The position numbers were made by a program, and so were the translations under genes. Shown piece by piece: positions 8,339-17,064 of a stretch of DNA of 64,000 nt. The DNA comes from Oceanispirochaeta sp. (GTDB lineage Bacteria > Spirochaetota > Spirochaetia > DSM-2461): contig CAXXOA010000001.1 in the NCBI GenBank assembly GCA_963666275.2, forward strand, positions 704,001-768,000. Reading direction: 5' to 3'. The notes beneath the pieces were generated by a model that searched no databases, had not been told where the DNA came from, and was given only the letters and a program-made list of their open reading frames with translations. How positions within the stretch are numbered: the first letter of the stretch is position 1; every line of letters starts with the position of its first letter.

Positions 8339-9986
8339 AATGGAAAGGAGGGAGGAGCGACACTCTTCCGCTGTTTACCGCATCCTTGAAGGTTTCATAA
8401 ATATCCTGCTCAGCCAGGATTTCAAGAATTCCTGACTTCTCCAATGTTTCCCTGACATCATGGTTCAGTCCGGAAAGAAGAACTTTGATCCCCCTTTTTC
8501 TGAGAAAGCGCAGAGCATCAAACAGGGCTTTCTGACCGGTCTGATCAATAAAGGACACATGACGCATCCTTATGATAATAGCCCTGTTTGTGATTCCCAC
8601 TTCCTTCACAACCTCCGCATACTGTCTGGCCGAGGCAAAAAACAGAGGGCCGCTGATCTCATAAATACCAAGATCAGAAGGCAGATCGGAATAGTCCTCG
8701 ATCACATCGGTATCCACAATATGATCGATCCTCTTTTCTGCGAACTCGGACATACGGATCATAAACAGAAGGCTGGAGAGCACAATCCCTATCTCTATGG
8801 CAGCAACGAGATCGACGACAACTGTCAGGATAAATGTAACCAGGAGAACAATCCTGTCGTTCCTGTTGCTTCTCAGAATGGCCGCAAAAGACCGCCATTC
8901 ACTCATATTGTAAGCCACTATAATCAGGATTCCCGCCAGACAGGGCATGGGTATGTAGGAGGCAAAGCGGCCGAAGAAAAGCATAATGCACAGAAGGGTA
9001 ACAGAGTGAGTCATTCCGGCAATAGGAGTGCGACCTCCGTTTTTGACATTCGTAGCGGTTCTGGCAATTGCACCGGTTGCGGGGATTCCTCCGAACAGAG
9101 GGGTCACAATATTGGCAATTCCCTGGGCTATCATTTCAGTGTTGGATCGGTGATTTCCGCTGATCATACCGTCTGAAACCGTGGCGGAGAGCAGGGATTC
9201 AATGCCTCCCAGAAGGGCGAGAACCAGTCCCGACTGGAGGTAGAAGGGAATATCCGAATGAACGAATCCCGGTATGGTCAGGGAGATACCCCGGGGAATC
9301 TCTCCGAAAAGAGATCCGATCGTTGACACGGGTATGTCAAGGAGCCTGACAACCAGGCTCACAAGGAGGATGGCTATAAACGACCCGGGGATCCTTTTAA
9401 AGACCCTTCCCGAAAGTAGGACAATCCCGATGGTCACAGCTGTAACCGCCGGAGCGGCAGGGTTCATATCGGAAAAGGCTCCTCCGTAGGCCTGCCATTT
9501 CTGAAAAAACTCTCCCGGGACCTTATCCAGAGGAAGGCCCAGGGCGTCCTTGACCTGGGTGGTGAATATGACCAGAGCTATCCCGCTGGTAAATCCGACA
9601 ATCAGGGAGTGGGGTATGAATTTCAGAAGTTTGCCCAGTTTCAGAACTCCGAAAAATACAAGTATGATTCCGGCCAGCAGGGTGGAATAGAAAAGCCCCT
9701 GGTATCCTTTGAGCTGAACGATTTCAAATATAAGGATTACAAAAGCCCCGGTGGGGCCGCCAATCTGAACCCGGCTTCCTCCGAGCAGGGCAATAAGAAA
9801 TCCGGCCAGGATTCCTGTGATCAGTCCCCTTTCGGGAGAGACTCCCGAAGCAACAGCAAAGGCTATGGAAAGGGGGAGGGCCACAATGCCCACCACAACG
9901 CCGGCCATAAGATCGCTGAGTATCTGCTGTTTCTCAAACCCGGATCGCAGCAGGGTAAAAAATTTGGGTGTAAACGGGTCTTTCAT
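8337..9986 (-). CDS. SulP/SLC26 anion transporter with STAS domain
   Basis: DLMAGVVVGIVALPLSIAFA, GGSRVQIGGPTGA, GGIPATGAIART; C-terminal STAS domain (GPLFFAS...FIDQTG). Confidence 0.92.
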   Translation of the reverse strand: MKDPFTPKFFTLLRSGFEKQQILSDLMAGVVVGIVALPLSIAFAVASGVSPERGLITGILAGFLIALLGGSRVQIGGPTGAFVILIFEIVQLKGYQGLFYSTLLAGIILVFFGVLKLGKLLKFIPHSLIVGFTSGIALVIFTTQVKDALGLPLDKVPGEFFQKWQAYGGAFSDMNPAAPAVTAVTIGIVLLSGRVFKRIPGSFIAILLVSLVVRLLDIPVSTIGSLFGEIPRGISLTIPGFVHSDIPFYLQSGLVLALLGGIESLLSATVSDGMISGNHRSNTEMIAQGIANIVTPLFGGIPATGAIARTATNVKNGGRTPIAGMTHSVTLLCIMLFFGRFASYIPMPCLAGILIIVAYNMSEWRSFAAILRSNRNDRIVLLVTFILTVVVDLVAAIEIGIVLSSLLFMIRMSEFAEKRIDHIVDTDVIEDYSDLPSDLGIYEISGPLFFASARQYAEVVKEVGITNRAIIIRMRHVSFIDQTGQKALFDALRFLRKRGIKVLLSGLNHDVRETLEKSGILEILAEQDIYETFKDAVNSGRVSLLPPFH

Positions 9987-10271
9987 ATATGCTCCTGATT
10001 ATCTGACAATCTCTTTGTACACCTTCTATTTCTTCCTTTACAATCCCTTCCCCTGATAAAGCAGAGGACGGGAGGATATTTTCTGCGATTTTCTGAGCCC
10101 TCCGGAACCGGCTTCTTCTAGTGTTTTCGTACTATTTTCCCCTTTCCCCCCTTTTCTTATAAGGAAAAACCCGCTATGGTATAGATATTAAAATGACAAA
10201 AATACTTAAAGTGTCAAAATAAAGATTTCCCTCGCACCCAACGGGTCGGGATTTCTGTATCAAAACAGGAG

Positions 10272-13200
10272 ATGGGAATGGATCTACAGACTTTAAGAGA
10301 ATACTTCAAACACATGGTTACCGCCCGTGAAATGGATCTGCTTGAGCAGAGTTACACAGGGCGTGGAGAAGCCTTCTTTCATGTATCCGGAGCAGGGCAT
10401 GAAGGAACCTGTTTTCTGAATGCCGTACTGGGCGAACAGGACTGGCTCCACTGTCACTACAGGGATAAAGCCCTCATGCTGGCGAGAGGCATCGATTCAA
10501 AGATGTTCTTTATGTCCCTTTTCAATAAAGATCAGTCCCATTCCAGGGGACGTCAGATGAATGCCCACATGAGTGATCCTGAGAGAAAGGTCCTCAGCAT
10601 TGTCGGTCCGGTAGGAAACAGCGCACTCCAGGCTGTGGGTGTCGCCGAAGCGGTTAAAGATGAAAAGGACAACCCCGTTGTCCTCTGCGGTCTTGGTGAC
10701 GGAATGAGTCAGCAGGGAGAGGTTCTGGAAGCTGTCGCTCATGCGGTAAGAAAAGAACTTCCTGTACTGTTTTTTATTCAGGATAACAGTTTTGCCATAT
10801 CGACCAAAACAAAAGGGAAAACCTTTTTCTCCCATCCTGAGGGAGATGCGGAAGAATTCTACGGAATCCCCATTGTCCGCATGGACGGACGGTATCCTCA
10901 GAATCTTTATAAACCTATGGAAGAGGTCGTACAGGGAATCCGGGATACCCGGAAACCGGCGATCGTCGTCTTCTCGGTTGACCGTCTTCACAGCCATACC
11001 AATGCGGATGATCACAGGGTCTACAGAACCGAGGAGGAGATTAAAGCTCTTCATAAATCGGGAGATCCCATAGATCAGATGCATGCCTGGCTGCTGGATC
11101 AGGGTGTCGATGAGAAAGAGCTGGAACAGGAGAGAGAGCAGATAGTTGCGGAGCTCAAAGAAAAAGCCCGGGCGGCTCAGATGTCTCCCGAACCGGAACC
11201 CTTTTTCTCTGCGAAAAAAGAAATCCCCCCTCATCTGACAGATCCGAAACAGGAGTACAGAGGAACCCCGGGAAAAGAAGAGCTTACAATGCTGGAAGCG
11301 ATCAGGGAAACCCTCCGTTTTCATCTGGAAAGGAACCCTGCCGTAGAGCTCCTGGGAGAAGATCTGGAAGATCCCAAAGGGGATGTTTTCGGAATTACAA
11401 AAACACTGACACAGGAATTTTCCCGGCGTGTGGAAAACAGCCCTCTTACCGAGTCCACCATTGTGGGGCTTTCTGTAGGAAGGGCTCTGGCTGGAAAACG
11501 TCCTGTCGCATTCCTGCAGTTTGCGGATTTTCTTCCCATTGCGTTTAACCAGCTATGGGCGGAGATGGGCAGTATGTTCTGGAGAACCGACGGCGGCTGG
11601 CAGTGCCCCATGATCGTCATGGTTTCCTGCGGAGGATACAAGCCGGGACTCGGCCCCTTCCATGCCTCCAGTATGGAATCGGTGGCTGCCCATATCCCCG
11701 GAGTCGATGTGGTTATGCCCTCCACCGCAGGGGATGCCGCAGGCCTTCTGAATGCCGCTATGGAGTCGGAAAGGCCTACCATATTCTTCTACCCCAAAGT
11801 CTGTCTGAACGAATCCCTGGGTAAAACCAGTCCCGATGTGTCCAGGCAGCTTGTTCCCCTGGGAGTGGCCAGAAAGCTCAGCGAAGGTGAGCATCTGACC
11901 ATGGTCTCCTACGGGAATACCATCAAGCTCTGCCAGAAAGCGGCGGATGTTCTGAAAAATCAGGGTGTTCACTGTGATATTCTGGACCTGCGATCCATCT
12001 CCCCCTGGGATCAGAAGGCCGTTCTGGAATCTGCTGAAAAAACAGGAAAGCTGATCATTGTCCAGGAGGAGAACGGTACAGCTTCCTTTGCTTCCGAAGT
12101 GGCGGCCTATGTGGCGGAACATGCCGGGACAGCTGTGAAAATCCGCCGTCTTACCAGAGAGGACACATTTGTTCCCTGTAATTTCGATTGTCAGCTGGCT
12201 GTACTGCCTTCCTATCAGAGGATCCTTGAAACAGCTGTTGATCTGTTCGGCGGATCCATCTCCTGGAAGAAGGATGAGTCCGCAGAAGCGGGAATCTTTT
12301 CCGTGGAGATCATCGGAACCAGTCCCGCAGACGAAACTGCCACAGTCATTGAGTGGAAGGTTGAGCCGGGTGACGTTATAGAAGAGGGGGATCTGCTGGC
12401 AGAGATCGAAGCGGATAAAGCCGCAGCGGAAATGAAATCTCCCGTATCCGGTACGGTAGAGGAACTCCTTCTGGATGAGGGAGAAGCTGTTGAGATCGGT
12501 ACTCCCGCACTGAAGGTTAAAACCGGTGAAAATGCGGAAATCTCCCTGAAACCCAAAACAAAAGAAGATCCCGGTGAACCTGTCATTTCAGGGCTTCAGC
12601 TGGAAACTTCATCAACCGACGCGGCACCGGCGGTTTCCGGTGACAGACGCCCCTACCTTGTGGATGTGGCAGGCACCCTGGGAAGCCGGGTTGTAGATAA
12701 CGATGAGATCATGAAGTCCTGTCCCGGATGGGAAGAGGGCGAAATCCTGAAAATGACAGGAATAGAAAAACGCTGCTGGATTGATGAAGGGGAGAATATT
12801 CTTACCCTTTCCCGCACAGCCTCTCAGACTGTGCTCGAAAGAAACGGACTGTCCCTGGACGACCTGAGTCTTATCATCGTTTCAAGCGGCACCCCTGATA
12901 TGATCACCCCCTCCATGGCCACTAGGCTGCAGTATGCGCTGATGCCCGGGGGAAAACGGAAAATGAGCTGTCCCGCTTTTGATATCAACGCCGCCTGTTC
13001 GGGATACCTGTACGGACTGCAGTCCGCCTGGGATTTTCTCAATACCAAGCCCGACGGACTTGTTCTTCTGGTAACAGCGGAAGTCCTTTCTCCTCTGGTG
13101 GATCTGACTGACAAGTCCACTTCCCCCATTTTCGGAGACGGCGCCACAGCCACACTGATAGCCGGTGTCAATCATAAACTGAAAGCACAGGGCAAAGCCC

Positions 13201-13616
13201 GGCTTTTCCGTCCCGTCACAGCTGCTGCCGGAGAACCGGGAGAGATCCTGACCGTTCCCGCCAACCCGGTGGAGCCTATTTTCATGCACGGTCCCAAGGT
13301 TTACCTGGAAGCGGTACAGAGCATGATCGAACTGCTGGGCAGTGCCATGGAACAGGATGGGAAGACTCTGCAGGATGTCTCTCTGATTGTCCCCCATCAG
13401 GCTAACCAGAGGATCATCAATGCAGTACGTCAGAGGCTTAAAATCAGAGAAGAGCAGATCTACAGCGAGATCAGATACAGAGGAAATACATCCTCCTGTA
13501 CGATCCCCCTCTGTCTTGAAACCCTGGTGAATGAGAGAAAATCCGGAGATATTCTGGGTATGACAGCATTCGGCGGCGGATTCACCTCTGCCGGCGGTCT
13601 TCTGGAAATTCTGTAA
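10272..13616 (+). CDS. Fusion protein: 2-oxoacid dehydrogenase E1alpha + E1beta + lipoyl domain + beta-ketoacyl-ACP synthase III (FabH-like)
   Basis: HYRD and GDG...QDN TPP motif; E1beta GEDL..KGDVFG and NSPLTES; lipoyl EADK716A; KASIII triad AAC909SG, PH1042QAN, GN1072TSS, plus FGGG. SD CAGGAG. Confidence 0.9.
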   Translation: MGMDLQTLREYFKHMVTAREMDLLEQSYTGRGEAFFHVSGAGHEGTCFLNAVLGEQDWLHCHYRDKALMLARGIDSKMFFMSLFNKDQSHSRGRQMNAHMSDPERKVLSIVGPVGNSALQAVGVAEAVKDEKDNPVVLCGLGDGMSQQGEVLEAVAHAVRKELPVLFFIQDNSFAISTKTKGKTFFSHPEGDAEEFYGIPIVRMDGRYPQNLYKPMEEVVQGIRDTRKPAIVVFSVDRLHSHTNADDHRVYRTEEEIKALHKSGDPIDQMHAWLLDQGVDEKELEQEREQIVAELKEKARAAQMSPEPEPFFSAKKEIPPHLTDPKQEYRGTPGKEELTMLEAIRETLRFHLERNPAVELLGEDLEDPKGDVFGITKTLTQEFSRRVENSPLTESTIVGLSVGRALAGKRPVAFLQFADFLPIAFNQLWAEMGSMFWRTDGGWQCPMIVMVSCGGYKPGLGPFHASSMESVAAHIPGVDVVMPSTAGDAAGLLNAAMESERPTIFFYPKVCLNESLGKTSPDVSRQLVPLGVARKLSEGEHLTMVSYGNTIKLCQKAADVLKNQGVHCDILDLRSISPWDQKAVLESAEKTGKLIIVQEENGTASFASEVAAYVAEHAGTAVKIRRLTREDTFVPCNFDCQLAVLPSYQRILETAVDLFGGSISWKKDESAEAGIFSVEIIGTSPADETATVIEWKVEPGDVIEEGDLLAEIEADKAAAEMKSPVSGTVEELLLDEGEAVEIGTPALKVKTGENAEISLKPKTKEDPGEPVISGLQLETSSTDAAPAVSGDRRPYLVDVAGTLGSRVVDNDEIMKSCPGWEEGEILKMTGIEKRCWIDEGENILTLSRTASQTVLERNGLSLDDLSLIIVSSGTPDMITPSMATRLQYALMPGGKRKMSCPAFDINAACSGYLYGLQSAWDFLNTKPDGLVLLVTAEVLSPLVDLTDKSTSPIFGDGATATLIAGVNHKLKAQGKARLFRPVTAAAGEPGEILTVPANPVEPIFMHGPKVYLEAVQSMIELLGSAMEQDGKTLQDVSLIVPHQANQRIINAVRQRLKIREEQIYSEIRYRGNTSSCTIPLCLETLVNERKSGDILGMTAFGGGFTSAGGLLEIL

Positions 13617-13672
13617 AGCAGGGAAAAGTTACCATGCTATTCCATTAGTGTTATAAAAGCACTGTGTTAATT

Positions 13673-13712
13673 AGCCCCTTCTACTAAAGTTCTGCCCGGT
13701 AGAAGGGGTTTT
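13673..13712. terminator. Hairpin terminator between convergent genes
   Basis: GCCCCTTCTAC...GTAGAAGGGGTTTT. Confidence 0.6.
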
Positions 13713-13732
13713 GTAATAAAAGCTTGAAGGGA

Positions 13733-14917
13733 TTAATACTGGCCGATATGGATCTGGACTGGCTGGAAATCCTGCAGATCCTCATCTATCATAAAGAATT
13801 TTTTGATCTCAACAGGTACGTTCTGGTTAATGGTTGTGTAATTTCCCAATTCTCCATAGTCGTTTTTTCCAAATCCCCAGAGAGTTCCGTCCTCTTTCAG
13901 AACAATGGTATGGTCTCCTCCGTTATGGCTGATAGCGGAAACGTCATTCATGACTTCTTTGAAGACGGCAGCATTGGTATTTGTACCGTCTCCAAGCTGC
14001 CCCTGATCATTGCGTCCCGTCGTCCATAAGGTTCCATCGATTTTGAGTGCTACGGTGTGAAAACGACCTGTGGAAATATCGACAACATCGGAGAGAACCT
14101 GTTCAAAAGCTAGTCTGTCAGCGGTATCACCCGTTCCTAACTGGCCGTAGGTATTGCCACCCGAGGCCCAGAGGGTGCCGTTTGTTTTCAGGACCATAGA
14201 ATGGGCAGTCCCTGCAGAAACACTTAAGACTCCCGTTATTATTTGAGTAAAATCGGCTATATCAGATGTATCGCCGCTTCCAAGCTGTCCCCGGGAGTTT
14301 CCGCCGCTAACCAGTAGGTCTCCGGAAGTGTCCACCACCAGAGAAAAGTTATTTCCCGTATCCATAGTTTTTACGCTGCTGAGCACTTTTTCCGGTGTTG
14401 CCATACCAGTGGTTGAAGTTGTACTGTTACCAAATTGTCCATCTTTATTCAAACCTGCTGCCCAGAGGGTCCCGTCGTTTTTTAACATAAGAGAAAAATC
14501 AGTTCCTGCAGAGGCTTTTTTGGCATTGTCCATAATTTTAACAGGTGAGGCAACTTTAGCAGAAGCACTTCCTGTTCCCAGTTCGCCTTCCGTGTTGTCT
14601 CCCATCGCCCATAGAGTCTTGTCTGACTTAAGAAGGAAACTGTGATTCTCTCCTGCAAAAATACCAATTACATCCTCCAGTATCTTCTGGTAGTAGTTGT
14701 ATTGGTCGTTTGATAATTTACCAAGCTGACCTTTGTCATTTTTTCCTGTACCGTAAAGGCTACCGTTGCTGTTGAGGAAAAATGAGTGATCCCCTCCGGC
14801 GGACAAAGTTGTATCAATTGATACCTTGTCTCTGTTACTGCTGCTGAACATGCCGTTGTCGCATCCAGACAGTAGCAGTATTAAAATTGTGAATCCTGTG
14901 AAAATAGTTTTTTTCAT
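13733..14917 (-). CDS. RCC1-repeat beta-propeller lipoprotein
   Basis: Lipobox LLLSGC; repeated SAGxxHSxxLKxxGTLWxxGxNxxGQLG units. Confidence 0.9.
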   Translation of the reverse strand: MKKTIFTGFTILILLLSGCDNGMFSSSNRDKVSIDTTLSAGGDHSFFLNSNGSLYGTGKNDKGQLGKLSNDQYNYYQKILEDVIGIFAGENHSFLLKSDKTLWAMGDNTEGELGTGSASAKVASPVKIMDNAKKASAGTDFSLMLKNDGTLWAAGLNKDGQFGNSTTSTTGMATPEKVLSSVKTMDTGNNFSLVVDTSGDLLVSGGNSRGQLGSGDTSDIADFTQIITGVLSVSAGTAHSMVLKTNGTLWASGGNTYGQLGTGDTADRLAFEQVLSDVVDISTGRFHTVALKIDGTLWTTGRNDQGQLGDGTNTNAAVFKEVMNDVSAISHNGGDHTIVLKEDGTLWGFGKNDYGELGNYTTINQNVPVEIKKFFMIDEDLQDFQPVQIHIGQY

Positions 14918-15001
14918 TATTTCATTCTCCTGTAAAATAAGTATTCCGGCTGGTTATCCAGCCTAAAAGCCGTCGTTCCCGGCGGTTTTTTCTTTTTTCA
15001 A

Positions 15002-15121
15002 AGAGATCTAGTGATCTCTATAGATTGCAAGATTAAAGAGATCGTATGATCTCTATTTGCCCAAAGGAAACCGAGTCCAGAGAAACGGATCCAGAAATTA
15101 AGAGATCGGATGATCTCTTAA
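15002..15121. promoter_or_regulatory. Three palindromic operators AGAGATC-N4-GATCTCT
   Basis: Copies at 15002-15019, 15037-15054 and 15101-15118, between tetR and the RCC1 gene. Confidence 0.8.
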
Positions 15122-15131
15122 AACTAAAAAA

Positions 15132-15704
15132 TTATTCCATTTTCAGTATTCCTACCGCCAGCATCCCGGAAATATGGTAGCGTAGATAAGTTTGGACAAT
15201 CTCCTTGAACTGGGTTATATCTTCAAATTTTCCAGCAAAACGTATGAAGGCATTTATCAGGTTATCTGTCAACACGTCTGAAAGGAGATCGCTCTGGGAC
15301 GTAACATAAATCCTCTGTTTCAAGGATTCCATCAGATCAACTTTTAACTGATAAAGTTTAGATTCTTCCATACCTGTAAGGAAAATCATAAATTTGACCG
15401 GACTCTTTTCGTATAGGGCGACTAGGGCGTTAACCATGAGTTCAACATGGTGATCATCGGGATTCTGATGAAGCGACTTTTCCATAATATCCCGGAAGTT
15501 TTTCAGAACCCCCTTGGCGTATTCCCCAATGACGGCTTCAAGGAGCTCATCCTTGTTCTGAAAATACTTATACATATTCCCGTAACTTACCTGGGCCCGT
15601 TTTGCCAACTGCCTTGTGGTGGTTCCCGAAAAACCCTTGCTGGAAAACTCCAGTTCCGCCGCTTTCAGGATTCTGTTTTTTATTTCGTCACTTTTTTGTC
15701 TCAT
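15132..15704 (-). CDS. TetR/AcrR family transcriptional regulator
   Basis: N-terminal HTH: ILKAAELEFSSKGFSGTTTRQLAKRAQVSYGNMYKYFQNKDELL. Confidence 0.93.
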   Translation of the reverse strand: MRQKSDEIKNRILKAAELEFSSKGFSGTTTRQLAKRAQVSYGNMYKYFQNKDELLEAVIGEYAKGVLKNFRDIMEKSLHQNPDDHHVELMVNALVALYEKSPVKFMIFLTGMEESKLYQLKVDLMESLKQRIYVTSQSDLLSDVLTDNLINAFIRFAGKFEDITQFKEIVQTYLRYHISGMLAVGILKME

Positions 15705-15705
15705 A

Positions 15706-15753
15706 GGGGATCACTTGATCTCTAAAGTATTCCTAATAGTTTCTTTTTGTCAA
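15706..15753 (-). promoter_or_regulatory. tetR promoter with a fourth operator copy (autoregulation)
   Basis: GGGGATC-ACTT-GATCTCT at 15706-15723, next to the start codon; minus-strand TTGACA, 16 bp, AATACT just upstream. Confidence 0.65.
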
Positions 15754-15911
15754 GTTGCAGGTTTCAAAAAAGGAATAATTCAATAAGAAACCCTTCCTTT
15801 TTTTGAAAAAATCCTGCTATACCAAAGCTCCGCCGGAAAATAGCAGGGACGTCTTCCATAAGAAAGCGTATTGCGAATACAGACCTCCCCGGGAGAGGGG
15901 GCCGTATCAGC

Positions 15912-16964
15912 CTAGTCTCTGACCCGGCCCAGGCCCAGGAGTTTCAGCAACCACTTGGCCAGAGGTTTGGCGGGGTTCCTTTTTTTCAGATTCAGATACC
16001 AGTTCCATTTTTTCACGATGGGGATTTTATGGGTTTCCACGAATTCGATCAGCGTTCCATCCGGATCTTCACAGTAGGAAAACCGGCCAGCCGCCTCTCC
16101 CATGTCAAAGGAGTTTCCCGTATCCACGGTAAAAGGAAAGCCTTTTTCCCTGAGAGTTTCTCCCAGTTCATCCATGCCGTTCACATCGAAGCAGAGATGG
16201 ATAAAACCGGCATCTCCCCAGTAACGGTCTTTGAAGATTTTTTCAGGTTTCCGTTCCAGGCACTGGATCAGCTCTATGCTTCCGTAGCCGAACATCTCCG
16301 CAAACGCTCCCTGTCTCGGTTCCATATGGGTCAGCAGAACTCTTCTGAATGAACCGTCTCCTCCGGGCAGGGCGGAAAGGTCTTCAAAACTTCCGGTCTG
16401 ATCATAAGCTGTGGTGGAGTATCCCAGAATATCACGGTACAGGGGGAGGGCTTTGTCTATATCGCTGACGCCGATCACAGCTCCGCAGGGGCCTGCAGTC
16501 AGACCGGGTCTGCTGAAGAAATCCTCAGCCGTCAGAATCTCAAAAATATTACCGTAAGGATCCCTGGCATAAAAGTGGTCTCTTCCGACAGGATCCTTTT
16601 CCACTTTTCCCAGGATATCCACGCCCTGATCTCTGTAATGATCAAAAACGGCTTTTACATCAGGAGCTTTTATTTTGCCTATCTGTATTCCCAGGTCACC
16701 TATCTTCAATGGGGCGTCGGGGAATACTGTCTCCCTGGTGGTGTACTGCCAGATTTCAAATCCGCTGCCTCCGCCAAGGTTCAGAGCCAGAACCGCATCC
16801 CGTCCCTGGACTTTGTCTCCTGTGTAGCGGGTCATGAAGGGGGCATCTGCCGCTTCCTGAAATACAGGGACATCCATGCCGAAATATTTTCTGTACCAGG
16901 CCCAGGCTTTGTTCCTGTCGGCTACGCCTATACCTAACTGCTGAATTCCGCTGATGATTGTCAT
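15912..16964 (-). CDS. Two-domain VOC (glyoxalase-like) family protein
   Basis: IQQLGIGVAD, FYARDPYGNIFEI, IHLCFDV, YCEDPDGTLIEFVE; basic amphipathic C-terminus. Confidence 0.85.
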   Translation of the reverse strand: MTIISGIQQLGIGVADRNKAWAWYRKYFGMDVPVFQEAADAPFMTRYTGDKVQGRDAVLALNLGGGSGFEIWQYTTRETVFPDAPLKIGDLGIQIGKIKAPDVKAVFDHYRDQGVDILGKVEKDPVGRDHFYARDPYGNIFEILTAEDFFSRPGLTAGPCGAVIGVSDIDKALPLYRDILGYSTTAYDQTGSFEDLSALPGGDGSFRRVLLTHMEPRQGAFAEMFGYGSIELIQCLERKPEKIFKDRYWGDAGFIHLCFDVNGMDELGETLREKGFPFTVDTGNSFDMGEAAGRFSYCEDPDGTLIEFVETHKIPIVKKWNWYLNLKKRNPAKPLAKWLLKLLGLGRVRD

Positions 16965-17064
16965 AATGAGTTCCTTTTCCGGTATTTTTTTTAGGATTCG
17001 TTCATGCAGATTTTATTGTATTATTAAAATACCAAAAAAGGAATAGAAAACACGGGGAGGGGTT

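Noticed and set aside
10190..10255. TGACA-N13-TGTCA and a small hairpin upstream of the fusion gene as an operator or riboswitch
   Set aside because: Short, single-copy, and matches no riboswitch consensus I can recognise.
15002..15121. Mini-CRISPR array
   Set aside because: The repeats are 18-bp palindromes with variable centres and irregular spacing, there are no cas genes, and a copy sits at the tetR start. Operators explain them better.
15780..15911. Possible structured ncRNA between tetR and the VOC gene
   Set aside because: Only short hairpins; no recognisable family features.
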